This document shows positions 22,650 to 35,799 of a stretch of 64,000 nucleotides of DNA, piece after piece. Location of the stretch: NCBI GenBank assembly GCA_036172245.1, contig JAYWIR010000016.1, forward strand, positions 1,612,001 through 1,676,000. The letters run 5' to 3'. The position numbers and the translations under genes were made by a program. Position 1 is the stretch's first letter. Each line of letters starts with the position of its first letter. The notes beneath the pieces were generated by a model. That model ran no database searches. It worked only from the letters and a program-made list of their open reading frames with translations, and was not told where the DNA came from. Source of the stretch: Raillietiella orientalis. Its lineage: Eukaryota.

Positions 22650-23594
22650 TGCTGGGGTTAGCGCCTGCGGCGGGAGGGCAGTAGGTCGCCGGTGTGAGCC
22701 GCTACGTCGGGCGTGTCATTGAGCTGGACGGGAGACGGGCCGGAGACCGTGCCGGCGCGCGTTCGGCACCCGGTTCGAAGAGCACCAGCTGAAGGGGCAC
22801 CGGTGTCAGGCCGTCTCCCCGTCCGACCCCTCTCCTGACTTTGATTCCCTCGGTGAGCAGGCCGCTGGAAAAGATCGACGGCGATTTCGGTCGATGGCCT
22901 TCTGCAGATCGGCTGCGAGCTCAGCCAGCGCTGGCTCTTCTCGGGTGAAATCCCACTTGAACCCTCCGCGCGCCGTTCGCGATCTTCTTAGAAGCGGCCG
23001 TAGCTTCTTCCTCCTGCAGCCTGAACCAGGTATGGACTCAGAGCTTCACGGGACGGCATAGGTCTGTTCCCGGCGGATTTCTCCAGCTGCCCTATTCTCA
23101 CGCCCTTGGAGAGCAGATTGATGTCGAAGTTTGCGATCGTGACGGGGTGTCAGTTGCTCAGGTAGCGCGGGTCTCCCTGTTTTGGCGAGAGTCGTGCCCC
23201 GGTCGATCGGAAGGAGGCAGGTACTTTTGGTCCGTCTCCTGGATCAGCAGCGCCAATTCATGAACCATGGAGACCAGTCCTGCCGCAATGAGCTTTCAAG
23301 ACTCCGAGGGTAGTGCGGCCGCACCCGGGTCAGCTTTGCTTTTGTGTCAGCTACCGTCGCGTTGATCGTGAAAGGTTCCAGAAGCCTTATGCTCGGACAT
23401 CCAGCTCGTGGTCGCCTCGAGCAGCTCCGTAGTGCAGTTCCGATTGGGAGGCGTCCTGGCCAACCGGACGGAGTCGCATTGTCTTGCCACGGTTTCAGGA
23501 GTCCGTTGGGGCATGGGGAAAGATCCACGGGACGAGCGAGGCGGGGGTCGCCTGTGTGCAGCGAGACAGGAACGCTCTTCTGTTGTTGCAGGAG
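22650..23594 (-). repeat. Left arm of ~945-bp inverted repeat (decayed Tx1/L1-like RT core)
   Basis: Reverse complement of 29323-30268 with about 4 substitutions and 1 indel by eye. Confidence 0.95.
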
Positions 23595-23599
23595 GTGTC

Positions 23600-24950
23600 C
23601 AGCAGCCCATATCCCCTGTTCTATGAGAACGCCATCTTGAGGGTTTCCGACCAGATGAAGCGGTGGCAGGCAATGCAAGAGAAGCTAGAAGAGTGCATCT
23701 GAGGAACTGGCTGGGAGCTGATGTAGATGAGAGGTACTAAGGCGCCTTCTGTGCTGCAGGGGGGAAGTGAAAGACATTTTCTGCGAGGAATCGATCCAAC
23801 TACACGCGCTCTCACATCCAAAAATGAGGAACAAAGGACAGGCGACGCCCACGGAGGCTACATGTAGAAAGCGGAGAAAGACGAAGCAGAAGCTGCGCAG
23901 GAAGAAGCCAACAAGCCGAAAGGTGAACATATCTCTTCATGGACCAACGGAGTAGAGACGATTCGAAGTCCCCAAAGTTCTTAGTCGGCTTTCCTTGGTC
24001 CAGCATCTCTGAAATAACCAGACTTGATGGATTTTCCTAAAAATAGGAGCTCGAAGAATTCCTCTATTTTTTTTTCTTCGTTGAGAGACGGAGAATTCAT
24101 CTGTGGAACAGAGGAAAGAAGAAAAGATCTTGCCCAATCAGAGTCTTTCCATTCCACCCTCCCTGTCTTCCCATCTTCCCACAGCGCCGTTGGGATAAGT
24201 CTCCGCCTTGCTGCTCTTCAAAGACTCGTTTAATCACGTGAGTGCAACCGCTCAGACACTCGGTCGAGAGAGGAAGATGGAAAGAGAATGTCGTAACGAG
24301 TCTTCATCGGGTTGCAATCCTGGGCGAGCAACCTCGAACGGGTTTTCCACACCTCACAGAGTCAGCGCATATCACTTTGGGGGGGGGGGGGGGGGAGGTC
24401 TTCATCTTCGGGGATAAAGTCGGCTGAACCACCATCATCAGCATCATCTCAGATAAACTGCTGCTCACGTCCATCTTCTGATGCGGTTCATTAATCTCGA
24501 GAGATCGCACGCGGCCACACTTCCCTTAACAAGGGTGCGGCAATCCGTCGGTAATTTTCTGGAGGAGCTACTGGAAGAGCTTCCTCATCAGCAGCAGGAG
24601 CCTCCTTCTCAGTAAGCAGCCAGGCATCCCGACCTCGTGGCGATTGTGATTTAAGGCTCTTCCACGTGACTGACAGGGGACGGAAGGCCGCACCAGGAGC
24701 AACTTCCTTGCTCTTCTGCCCCGGTTGAGTGTTTCCGAAAGGGGTTTTCCGAAACTCTCAACGGGAACAGATCCATGCAGAACCGCATGCTCCTTTTGCT
24801 GAAGGTCAGGCGGTGGGATGAGACGATACGGGGAGATGTCCACCGGATCGGGTGGCCAAGAGTGAATTTCTCTTGCTGACTGGGAAGTGACACGATCCCG
24901 AAATTCAGGCAGTGTCGCCTAACGGAGCAGCCGCATAGTGTTTGAAAAAA
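23600..24950 (-). mobile_element. Decayed Tx1/L1-like RT remnant
   Basis: Degenerate D..KAFD.V.H-like (PDLQQKEHAVLHG) and DADD segments in broken frames. Confidence 0.4.
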
Positions 24951-25084
24951 AAAAAAAAAAAAACGTTCCAGATGGTACAAGAGTCCGCTGCATCTGTGGA
25001 GAACGGAAAGTTCCTGGCACCAGCCTGTTTTGCTGAGCCATCCCACGTGGTTCAGAGGGAATAAACTTGTCTGCATAGCTCATA

Positions 25085-25815
25085 GTCCGTGCTGGCGGTC
25101 GTGCAGCTGTGGTCCTCGCGAGAGGCACCTTGCGTCGCAGGTTCGAATCCCCAGGTGGAGGATTGACGCCGGGAAATGGGTGCTCATCGTGGGTTTCGAG
25201 TTTCCCCCTCCACCTGAAGGACGACACTAATTGGTCTGCTCAGGAGCGGCGCTGTTGAAAACCGGATGCCCCCTTGATTGTCCTGGACTGGTAGCTGACT
25301 ATTCAGGGTCCTTACAGAACATCAAGGAGCATAGGCTGCCCTTCAGTTGTGAAAATAGGCCCTCCATCGCGTACCACGGAGGTGGTTGATACCCATTCCC
25401 GGGGATTGCATCTCCAGAGTGTAAGAAGCGCTTTATTCCCTTCGGGAGTGTCCCTTAGAGAAAATAGGAAGCGTCCCTTCAGGTTTCTCTTCAGAGGAGC
25501 AAAAACAAGGAACGGTTCCCTTGCGGGTTCCCTCCGGCGAAGAAATGAGGAGCGGCCCCCTCCGGGGGTCCCTCCGGAGAGAATAAGGGAGAGGTTTTCT
25601 TCGGGGTTCCCTTCCAAGAGTAAGAGGAAAGAACTCCTTCCTCCAGAGGCTCTTCCTGGATTCACCCCTTCGGGGTCACCTCCCTATCTTGAAGAGCATC
25701 CTCGAGGTACGTGGACAGCGTTGAAGAATTTAGTGAATCCCCCCTAGGGAGGCGAACGGTTCCCCAGCACTTGGCGACCAAGAAAAAGAAAAACTGAAAA
25801 AAAGAAAAAAAAAGC
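25085..25815 (+). mobile_element. tRNA-derived SINE, near full length with A-rich tail
   Basis: B-box GGTTCGAATCCC (25140-25151), shared body, 3' end ggcgaacggttccccagcacttggcgacc followed by an A-rich tail. Confidence 0.8.
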
Positions 25816-25869
25816 TGAAAGGAAAGCAGCGAGAAACAGAGGGACCACCTTCCTCCTTTGTCAGAGACC

Positions 25870-26900
25870 AGATCTTTTCCTTAGTGCTTGGAAAAAAGTT
25901 GGAAATCGCACCCGTTCTGCTTCATTTTTCCTTGCTTTTGCAAAGGGATGGAAGGGATGGAATCTGCTGCAGGCGCCTTGGCAACCTACCTTTGGTTCAC
26001 AATCGGCTAAAAGGATTGTTTCGGGAAGATCCGGCAGACAAGATGCTGTCAAGTTCCGGTCTGGAAAGAAGATTCGTTGAAAGAGTCTGCTTTCCGGCGA
26101 GCAACCCATCTGGCTGCCCCGAACAGACCCAGTGAAGCAAGTTCGACCCAAACCTGATACCGCCACCTTGTGGGAATCTTGATACTCGACCATACCGATT
26201 GCTGTGGAAACGGTCCTCCACCCTGTTCCCCTAACGAGATTAGGAAGGGAGGCCACACGAAGCTCGGCGGCAGCTCGGCGGCAAGGGAGGTGACACAACT
26301 ATCCCAGCTTCCGAGGAGCTTCCTTCGGACAACGCAGCAGGTGATTCGAAAGGAACTGCAAGGACAAAAAAGACGAATGGACGGCATCCAATTTCAAGTG
26401 GACGAAATGCGAAGTAGCGATTCCCTCCCAAGGATGTTGATTAGTAGCAGCCGACCATTGGAAACTAAAAATCGAACCAAAGTTGAGGAATCTACGGAAC
26501 TAAAATCTATGGGTTATTAATACTGAAATCCACTGAAGTGCTATTCGTGTAGGTATTAATTAAATGACGTTTGTTAATGGCAACGATGTATCTCCGGTTT
26601 TGGGACATCAACGGCAGAATCAACAGCGTTATCATCATTGATAGATGGAAAAGGTGGTGATGAAAAGTAGCCGCTGAACTGAGAGCTGCAGCCATCTGCG
26701 AGCAGGAGAGTGCACTCTTTTAGTGAAAAGAGCTGGCAGCCATGTTGTTGACAGCAGCGTTTGGTAATACCGAAATGTGGAAAAAGTGAAAGACACATGT
26801 GAAAGCTGGAAAGCAGGAAGAGATGCTGAAAGGACGGAGCCAATGAAATCCGCCGCTTTGTGGGGATTCGAGGAGACGTTTGGTAGGTCACAGGTGGCGC
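25870..26900 (+). mobile_element. Decayed CR1/Jockey-like RT
   Basis: WTASNFKWTKCEV (W...FN..KC.V) and ELKSMGY (KDLG-like) in the expected order, with stops. Confidence 0.5.
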
Positions 26901-27099
26901 GAGCAAAGATACGGACCCCACCCCCCGACACCTGTGGGAAAAAAGGAGCCTGGAAGACGTCACACGCTGATGAGAGCTCAGTGATCAATCAGAAGTGCTG
27001 AGATCCCTGTCGATTGGTTCGGGCTTGAGGAAGGGAAAAGAAAAAGAATTTTCCTTTCTTCATTTGTTTGCCTATCGGGATGCGGGATAAGATCCTTGA

Positions 27100-28300
27100 G
27101 AATAAGGGACGATTATTGCAGAGAGATATTTTCCAACTTCTGCACGAAAGTCCTCGAAGCGAAAACGATCACGAAGCGCGCGCCATCCTCTTCCTTGCTG
27201 GCTTCTCAGATTCCTCACGGGAATGAGGGCGTGGGGATATGGGTAGACTCGTACAAGCACAGAGTTCTCAACGGCAACCTCAACGGTCCTCAGCAGAATC
27301 TTGGATGCTGCCGCCTAGACGTCCCGGAAGTCAACAGCAGGATTGCGTGCAGCCAGCCGGATCTCCTCCGAAGTCTGCCATGTTCCAGAGTCAGCCTGCT
27401 AGTCGCATCAGGACAGGTCACAGCAGTTTGATGGACTGCCGCGTTCGGAAAACAGCACAATGCGGCGGGTACTCAGGCGTGGGAGCTGCTCCCCCGTTGT
27501 TCGTTCGACTAGTGCACCATCGAGTCCGAGGGACCTTCCGTTCGGGATCAGAGATTTTCGCCATCTGGTCAAGTCTGCTCTCGCTTGAGTTTTGTGGCTT
27601 CCCGTTTAGAACAGCGGAGGACCACAGGCTGTGTCAGTCTTCTTCTGGAGGCTTCACTTCAGTCTGTACCCTGCTGTTTCGAAGGATTTCTAGCCTGCGC
27701 GTCCAAGAAACATCCCCACTCTGTTGGACGATGCTATCTTCTTTCGATCAGTCCCTGATTGAAAATCCTAGGGACCAGAAAAGACCCAATTCGTGCGTCA
27801 GGGCTATACAGGAGCTCCAGCCACTTCCTTCCTTCATTTATCCCATTCTGCATGGCTCGAGGCAACCGAAGGGAGCTGGGAAGGACGTCCTGCCTGCCTC
27901 AACGTCATCCCCGTTACGGAGATCGCTTACCCCAAACAAGATCGTGGCTCCAGATGACGTCAACTTTGGGATGAGGCGCTGCCTCACATATGCTGCACTG
28001 CCGTTTCCGGCATGTTCTCCGGTACACTCAGAGATACGATGCCCTTGATTAGGCGCGGCAATCGAAGGGAGCTGGGAAGAGCAAGAAGCTCATCTCCGGA
28101 GTGGACTCTCGTTTCCGGACAAATCCGGTGCTGCGCAAGGCAAGAGAGAAGAATTCGTCATTTTAAGCAGCGCTGTTTCGTGTACGTTCTGAGAATTCGC
28201 CGTTGCAATTTGACCGAAATCTCCTGCTAAAACGCACAACATGTCCTCAACGTCACGAGCTCAACTGCCCCAAACAACCTTTTTCGACGTCTGCAAAGCC
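27100..28300 (+). mobile_element. Decayed LINE ORF1/APE remnant
   Basis: VQET, GLYRSS (YRPP-like) and DDVNF (GDFN-like) in APE order. Confidence 0.4.
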
Positions 28301-28359
28301 CTGAACTGCAATTCGAACCCGTTTTAATCTTTCTTCCCCTCCACTCTAGGAAGGTTCCT

Positions 28360-29250
28360 TAAGGATGATTATCACCCGGTTAGGCAGGTGCATTTCTTGC
28401 TTAGAGTAATAAAAATACATGTTGTGGTAAAACCAACGGTTCTACCACGCGCAATGAAATTGCCGAGGGCCGGTACGCAGACCGGCGGGGCCTCCGTTTC
28501 GGCAGCGAAGAAGGGAAAACAAAAAAGATAAACAAAGAAAACGGGAGAAGGGGAATTTATGCTCAGAGAAGAGGGGGAATCGAGGAAGGGATCACGGTAG
28601 GCTGCCAGGCGTGCTCAGCATCCTGTTTGAGATGTAGGCAAGTTCTGTCCGGATAGTGAGCAGGTGGCACCTTCTGGAGGTGGTCCTCAAGAAGATTTGT
28701 TTCCAGTGGAGGGCGTCCTTGCCATTCTGGATTCTTCTTCCCACGTTCCAGGGTTCCACGATTCCGCGGACGCAGCAGAGGGACGCGGCTGGCGGCAGAA
28801 CGGCACCGAGCGCCAAGAGGCGTCTGAAAATGTTCCTGAGGCCGCCCACCGAGATTCCTAGGATCGTCGCGAGGCGATATCAAAGGGAACGGAGGGCAGC
28901 ACAGTCAGCAGGTGCGAGTTGATTTCCTCCTTCCCGCAACTGTCCCACCGAGCACCCTCGCTCTCCGTGTCCAATGATGAAGACGTGCTTTGCATGGGAT
29001 TCCCCCATGCAACACCGGAAACGCCAACTCCTGCCACTTGAGGAAGAAGATGCCACTGTTCCAGAACTCTGGGGCCCTCCTTCACCTTTTCCGGGGGAAT
29101 GTCGAGCAGCTCCCCCCAGCGTAGAAGTCCTTGGGGTGGAACACTCGGGGTCGCAGCGTCTGTCACTTAACGAGTTATCCATGCACTCAGGAGTTCCTTT
29201 TTTGCAGCAGAACATCTCCTATCTTGCAGGAATGACGATGTTCCTTTTTT
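28360..29250 (-). mobile_element. Tx1/L1-like LINE 3' end (zf-RVT region and 3' UTR)
   Basis: Homologous to 56340-57190 and other copies; CG.EE..SHL motif; ends ccgggtgataatcatcc. Confidence 0.75.
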
Positions 29251-29322
29251 CTTTTAGGAAGAACAGCACTGGGGCAAGGGGGTAAGCGAAGCCAACAGCA
29301 TCTTTTGCGGGTTGCCGAGGAT

Positions 29323-30268
29323 CTCCTGCAACAACCGAAGAGCGTTCCTGTCTCGCTGCACACAGGCGACCCCCGCCTCGCTCGTCCCGTGGATCTTTCC
29401 CCATGCCCCAACGGACTCCTGAAACCGTGGCAAGACAATGCGACTCCGTCCGGTTGGCCAGGACGCCTCCCAATCGGAACTGCACTACGGAGCTGCTCGA
29501 GGCGACCACGAGCTGGATGTCCGAGCATAAGGCTTCTGGAACCTTTCACGATCAACGCGACGGTAGCTGACACAAAAGCAAAGCTGACCCGGGTGCGGCC
29601 GCACTACCCTCGGAGTCTTGAAAGCTCATTGCGGCAGGACTGGTCTCCATGGTTCATGAATTGGCGCTGCTGATCCAGGAGACGGACCAAAAGTACCTGC
29701 CTCCTTCCGATCGACCGGGGCACGACTCTCGCCAAAACAGGGAGACCCGCGCTACCTGAGCAACTGACACCCCGTCACGATCGCAAACTTCGACATCAAT
29801 CTGCTCTCCAAGGGCGTGAGAATAGGGCAGCTGGAGAAATCCGCCGGGAACAGACCTATGCCGTCCCGTGAAGCTCTGAGTCCATACCTGGTTCAGGCTG
29901 CAGGAGGAAGAAGCTACGGCCGCTTCTAAGAAGATCGCGAACGGCGCGCGGAGGGTTCAAGTGGGATTTCACCCGAGAAGAGCCAGCGCTGGCTGAGCTC
30001 GCAGCCGATCTGCAGAAGGCCATCGACCGAAATCGCCGTCGATCTTTTCCAGCGGCCTGCTCACCGAAGGAATCAAAGTCAGGAGAGGGGTCGGACGGGG
30101 AGACGGCCTGACACCGGTGCCCCTTCAGCTGGTGCTCTTCGAACCCGGTGCCGAACGCGCGCCGGCACGGTCTCCGGCCCGTCTCCCGTCCAGCTCAATG
30201 ACACGCCCCGACGTAGCGGCTCACACCGGCGACCTGCTGCCCTCCCGCCGCAGGCGCTAACCCCAGCA
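29323..30268 (+). repeat. Right arm of ~945-bp inverted repeat (decayed Tx1/L1-like RT core)
   Basis: Encodes SPKQGDPRYLSN*HPVTIANFDINLLSK, EQTYAVP, DLQKAIDR, GDGLTPVPLQLVLFEP, AHTGDLL = degenerate non-LTR RT domains; reverse complement of 22650-23594. Confidence 0.95.
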
Positions 30269-31229
30269 AGAGCACTCGATACCGTCCTTCGAGTTCAGTT
30301 GTAGGGGTGCCGGCGTGCCGGCAGAAGTCGAAAACCGTGGCTTTGGGCTCAGAGATGGACGCTGACTGTCTCCCACGAGAGTTTTTGTGGGGGTGGGTCT
30401 CTAACTTACCTGGGAGCATCCATGGGTTCGCTCTCCCCTAGGGAAAAGTCGACCTGCTGACACGGACAGAAACCCTTTCGCGATAGCGAACTGCTGCGCC
30501 CCGAGAGGGCAGCAGCGTCGACCATTTCTGTCGCGCCCCTTTTCCGGTCCCTTCCTTTTCTGTATGGTGCCGGAGGCTGTTGGTTGCTCCTTCAGGTCTC
30601 CAGCATCTGTTGCAGGAAGCCCAGTGAGGCCTCGACAGGTCTGGGGTGCTACTGAAAGACTCGATCTCCCCCTTGCCAAGGGGGAGTCCTGAACTTACTC
30701 TCCGCCCAACGGATGCAAGCGCCGGCATCATTCAGATGGTTAGTCCTCTCTGCAAGTCTGTGGAGCACTCTACGGTGTCTCCCCTCGCGAATCACCCTAA
30801 AGAATGCAGGAAACTGCGAAGAGTCAGCATCCATTCTCTCACGCAGTCGCAAACGAGGGTGAAGTCTAGGGCACTCCCGCTTCTCCCGATCGCGTCGCTG
30901 ACGGAGGAGCCCGAGTGGTCATCCTGCCGAAGGGCATTGAGCAGGAGTGCTTGGCTGCAGAGATCACTGGAAACGCGACTACTAGTGGAGAGTTCAAACC
31001 TCCCGAACAGCAGCCCCAACAGTCATCCGAGGAGACTCTCCCTTGCAGGGATACCCATCTGCGTCATCCCTCTACCCAGATCTCATGGTGCGACCACAGA
31101 GTGAAGCGGACGATGAAGTAATGGAAGACGCGCGTCCATTGCGTCATCGTTGGAATCAGGGAGAAGAGGATCCTTCTGCGGCGAGGGAGGAGACCTCGCG
31201 TATCTCTAGGGTTACCAATTCCGAAATAA

Positions 31230-31800
31230 ATAAGCGAAAGGAAATAAGCAAAAACAAATTTGCTTTTGAAAATTACAGGAGGAGGGGTATGGGAAGGAAT
31301 CACAGTAATTTCCCTGGAATCCTCTGCGTTCTGTCCAGGATGCTGGCAGGTCATCCTGTGGTCCTTGGGAGAGAGGACACGATCGGGATGGCGTTCCTGT
31401 TGGCCGAAACCCTTTAAGCATAGTTTCCTCGTGCACGCGATCTCGCGGATGCGCCACAGGACCGCAATCCGCCAGGCGGCAGGAGACATTGCGCTTCTCA
31501 CGGAGAGGTCAGGTCGGTCTTCGGAGTTGTTCGCTATGAGTGCGAGTTCCGTGGAGAAACGCCCCCATACACTCCGGAGGGCAGCACACTTAGATAATAC
31601 CTGAGGGAACTTTTCCACTCCACTGCAGCAGGCACAGCTAGGAGCCACGCTTTCCCTTTGGTCCAGTTGTGTCGGCATGCCCGGGAGCCTCGACGGCGGC
31701 AGTCGATTTCCGGAAGGCACTCGACTGCGCAAACTAGGAGCTCCTTTCTGGAGCTCCTGGTTTACGAACCCTGTCGCAACATCAATGCTTTCATCGGCGC
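31230..31800 (-). mobile_element. Tx1/L1-like zf-RVT 3' fragment
   Basis: ORF 31064..31732: LP...PSCACCSGVEKFPQVLSKCAALRSVWGRF. Confidence 0.7.
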
Positions 31801-31859
31801 GATGCGCTAATGAAGGTCAATTTCCACGGTCGGCGCACGTGCAGCGTGCCAGTGCGGGG

Positions 31860-32750
31860 GTGGTTCAGGTAGGGTGACAGCTTGTGTCCTACGCTGTTCA
31901 GCGTCTTCCTCGAGATGATGACAAACGCGTGCAGGAAAACTTTTGTGACTTTGCCATCGTCCTGATTCTGTACTCCAGACGTGGCACCATATGCGATGAC
32001 CTCCTTCTCCTGCTACTAGTGTCCGTCCCCGGCGACGTTGCTCAAGGAATTCATCTCGGGAGCGTACATGAGCGTGAACAGGACATGAACAGGGCAATCG
32101 GACTGGATCCTCTTGGGAATCCCCCTATGCAACACCATGAAAATACCTTGGTATATCCTCAGGAGACCTCTGCCCTGCCGAGGATTTTCTGGTTGCCACC
32201 GGAAGCAAAAGTGGCGCTGGCACCTTTTCCTAATGACAAGTTTCCCTTGTCGGAGTGGGTCTCCATTTGGAACGTCTTTTTTGACCCCCTTCTTTTTGTT
32301 TCACTCCCACCATACGGGGCAAGGCTCAAGAGGAACGACCTCATGAGCAAAGCGCTGTGAGGCATCACAAGACCAAAAGACCTGGTCGGACCATAAAGTG
32401 ATGAAGAACTGACATCCTCACGTTAAAGAAAATGAAGGTACAGCTCCAGTTTAGTATGATGACCCTGACCTTTTTCCACCTGCAAACAACAACGCTTGAA
32501 GGTGGAAGACAGTGGGGGCGTGGACCAGCATCATGCGCACCGAAGCAGAGTTGATACGTTCTATCCACGACCTGGGAGCAGTCTCCCTGGAGGAGGGTGG
32601 AAACGAACTGGAAGACGTGGACGCGAGCCACTACCACCTATCTAGCCGCAGAGCTGTTCTCCCTACGGCAGAAAAACGACAGTTGCCAGCTGGCAGGATG
32701 GGTGATGTCGTGCACCGTAGCCGGAGCAACGAAATTGGTGAGTGCAGCTG
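31860..32750 (+). mobile_element. Decayed Tx1/L1-like RT C-terminal half
   Basis: LFSVFLE, frameshifted YADDL (catatgcgatgacctc), KYLG, KFPLSEWVSIWNVFFDPLLF. Confidence 0.6.
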
Positions 32751-32829
32751 GAAGACGGGAGAGTCGGCTGACGCGACGACACACAGCGCTTGCACTAAAA
32801 ATGGCTCATTTGGGCTACTTTGGACTTGG

Positions 32830-34100
32830 AACTCGGTTGCGCCAGGGCATCTATTTATATGTATATTATAAACATACAAGCCAGTGGCAGGACGCTTGGT
32901 CCAGCCGCGTTACAAATGGGGACCTGCCGAGAACCGACATTCAGGCCGGCGAGGTTCGCGTCGGCAACAGAGGGGTAGGGGAGACAAACGAAAAAAATAA
33001 AATAAATAAAAAACATACAGTCAGAAAAAAGGGGGGTTCGGGAAGGGATCACTGTGCGCTGGTGGGTATCCTCTGCATCCTTGCCAGGATGCCGGCAAGT
33101 TCCTTTTTCAGGATGGGGCCATCTTAAGGCTATCCCCATGAAGAGCACGGCAAAACAGATAGCATCCCTATCGTCTTGGCCTCTGGAGCTGCTCCGTGGA
33201 GCCACGATCCTGCTGCGTGGGCAACAAGGTGCTGATGGGTATGCGGCCGGAGTGAGGGCGTCGCGCAGGAAGAGACGCTTCAGAACGTCTCTGGGGTTGC
33301 CCTCGAGGATCCGCAGGGACACGGAGAAGGATTCCCACAAGGGATGGAGGGCAACACGATCTACAAGCAGATGCGGGAAGGACTCTCTTTTTTCGCACCT
33401 ATTGTAGTTCCGGGATTAACTCCCTCGAGTCCCATGATGCCGGCGGACGTTGCACGGGAGGCCCAATACAACAGGATTGCCGACTCCTGAGACTTTGGAG
33501 GGAGGGTTGCACTGTCAAGACGCTGGGGGCCACTTCACCTCCTCCGGAGAAATTTGTGGCAGCTCTCCCAAGAGTAACAGTCCTTTAGGTCAGACATCGT
33601 CAGCTTCCAAGTTGCCCACGCACTCAGTTGGGCATCATATCTGGACATTCCTCCGTCGAAGCTTGAGATTCACTCCTTTTGCTTGGGTAGCTCTGTGCTG
33701 TCTCTCTGGCGGTCGAACGAAGAGGACTTGCTTTCCGTAAAACCAGAGGCAGCATAGCTGGACGAGGAAGCGGCGCCCCTCAGAAGTGCCCCGAGAACGA
33801 ATTAGTGGGAACGACACCCCCTCATCTGCTTTTGCACTGTGGTTCCCTTCGGAAAACCATGGAAACTCCTTGCGGCTATCCTACTTTGCTCTGGGGACGT
33901 GTCGAGAAGCTGCTGCGGCGCTGCCTCACGAGTGACGGGGTTTCTCCTGCCGCACCTGTCGCGATCCCGTGTTGTGTCAGGAGCATTCCACGCAAGAAGC
34001 GCATCATCAGGACCCGGAAGCTGAACGCCTTGCCTCATCGATGAAGCATCTGGAGGATTGTCGTTTTCTGCAACCAGTGAAGGAGGATGCCGAATGCATC
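32830..34100 (-). mobile_element. Tx1/L1-like 3' end with UTR
   Basis: Homologous to 50650-51400 (LFLRDALTPAA...QDDRDAICFAVLFM...WPH) with the same UTR. Confidence 0.75.
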
Positions 34101-34159
34101 TCAGGCAGACTGCGGAGACCGTGGCGGGTGTAAGCTGCAATCCCTTCTCACTCTTCGTG

Positions 34160-34655
34160 CCCGCATTGGTGGCTGCGTGGCTGAGTTCTCAGCGCGTGGT
34201 GCCAGGCGCTGAGGGATCGAATCTCCACGTGGAGGACTGACGCCAATGAAATGGGGTGCATCGAGTTTCCCTCGACGGACGACGCCAGTTGATCCGTAGA
34301 CTTTGCGTGAGGCACCGATGAGAGCAGCCGAAAACTGGATGCCCCCGTTGACTGGCAGGGATCGGAAGATGACCATCCGGGGTCCTTCCAGGAATCAAAA
34401 GTGGGTTCCTTTGGAGTTCCCTTCCAAGCGTGCGAGGAACGGATTCCTTCCTCCAGAGCCTTCCTGGGTTCATGGGGCGGTCCCTTCCCGGAACATCCCC
34501 TAACTTGAAAGGTTGCCACATGACATGTACCCTCGACGGACGTGGGCGGTGCTGAAGAACTTCGTGAGCCCCCAGGCGAACGGTTCTTCAGTACTCAACG
34601 GACCAAAAAAAAAGGAAAAAACACCCGGAAAAACAAACAAACAAAAAAAAAGCAG
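34160..34655 (+). mobile_element. tRNA-derived SINE with internal deletion and A-rich tail
   Basis: A-box TGGCTGCGTGG, degenerate B-box GGATCGAATC, shared 3' end caggcgaacggttcttcagtactc and A-rich tail. Confidence 0.78.
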
Positions 34656-35329
34656 GAAGGAAAACAGTGAAAACAGAAAAGAACCCCAAAAGCTTCCTAT
34701 CATCTTTATTACCTATTGTATTTCCTTCCTTCCCTGTCCTCTTATGTGGCCGGCTGGAGTCAGTGGCTCAATCCTCCTTCATAAACTCGGAAAGCCTCGC
34801 CAAATGCATGCCCTGTTTTGTTGGTTTCCTGCGAGAGGACAAAGGCCCGGCGTCACTCGGGTAACGATTTGGTCGCCGCGAGTTGCATCGTTCAGGTCAG
34901 CGTGACAGTCGCAAACGCCGAGTCCTGACCCTACTGCCGGGAGGGCAGGGGGCTGTCCATGAACACTGGATGGATCTCGACGTCTTCCAAGGAGATTCTG
35001 AGAATATCCGCTTCGCAGAGAAGTCCTTTGGGGTGGACAGAGGGGAAGGTGTGTGCGTGTGAGTGGAAGCTGAGAAGGAGGAGAGGAGGAAGCAGGAAAG
35101 GGGTGTGTGTGAAAGCGGGGAAACGGGAAAGGAGCGAGGGGGGGGGGAAGCGTTGGAAAGCTGACGAGGCGTCAAGTTTCCGACGCTTTCACCCTACCCT
35201 TCTTTTGTGTCTACATTCCAATGCTTCTCTTCTTCCTTTGGAGACCCCGCAGGTGACCTTCCATCTTTCCTGCTGCCCACTGTTCCTGCTCTCCTGTGGG
35301 GAGGACAGCGCTGCGGCATGTGGATATGC

Positions 35330-35780
35330 CCAAGCATTTCCGGAGGAAAGGGGGTTTTTCACGATCTTCCGGAACGAGGAACGAGCTCGCCTGGAGAATC
35401 GCGCGCACTGTGTTTGACCTTGATCTGCTTCCTGGAGCCAGGTGTTACAGTTCTTAGGAGGCAAAAGATTCAGGCGTTTTCCTTCACCAAGGCAACCATC
35501 TACCGAATCTGGCCGTGCGCTTGGTGAGGAGGCATTCAGGGACGCACAGGTGGGTGGGAACCAGTGCTCGGCCTCTAGGGGCAGCCTTTGGAAACGGATC
35601 TGTCTCCCCACCCACTGCAGCGTCGGATAGTCAAGTCCTCCAACGCGACGCGAGGCCACTAAGTCTTTAAGATGGACGCGGGATGGATTTTCCCCCACAG
35701 GGCTTCACGTAGGAGACCGTCGGTTCACTTCCTGATTTCACTATGGTAGGGATAAACAAAATACAGGGGGAGAAGCGGAG
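35330..35780 (-). mobile_element. Tx1/L1-like post-RT fragment
   Basis: SRVHLKDLVASRRVGGLDYPTLQWVGRQIRFQRL matches SRVHLEDFSAPRRDRGLGLRTPQRIKRQFQFRRL at 55.9 kb (GGLG motif). Confidence 0.65.
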
Positions 35781-35799
35781 TGAACTATGATGCCGCGAC

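Noticed and set aside
24379..24963. G17 and long A homopolymer runs
   Set aside because: Simple sequence with unreliable length and no supporting context.
27861..28081. ~24-bp direct repeat ggcaa(c/t)cgaagggagctgggaag, ~196 bp apart
   Set aside because: Only two copies inside a decayed LINE; not an array or CRISPR-like structure.
22650..30268. DNA transposon with 945-bp terminal inverted repeats
   Set aside because: No target-site duplication or transposase seen; arms are internal LINE RT sequence with weak homology continuing past the ends.
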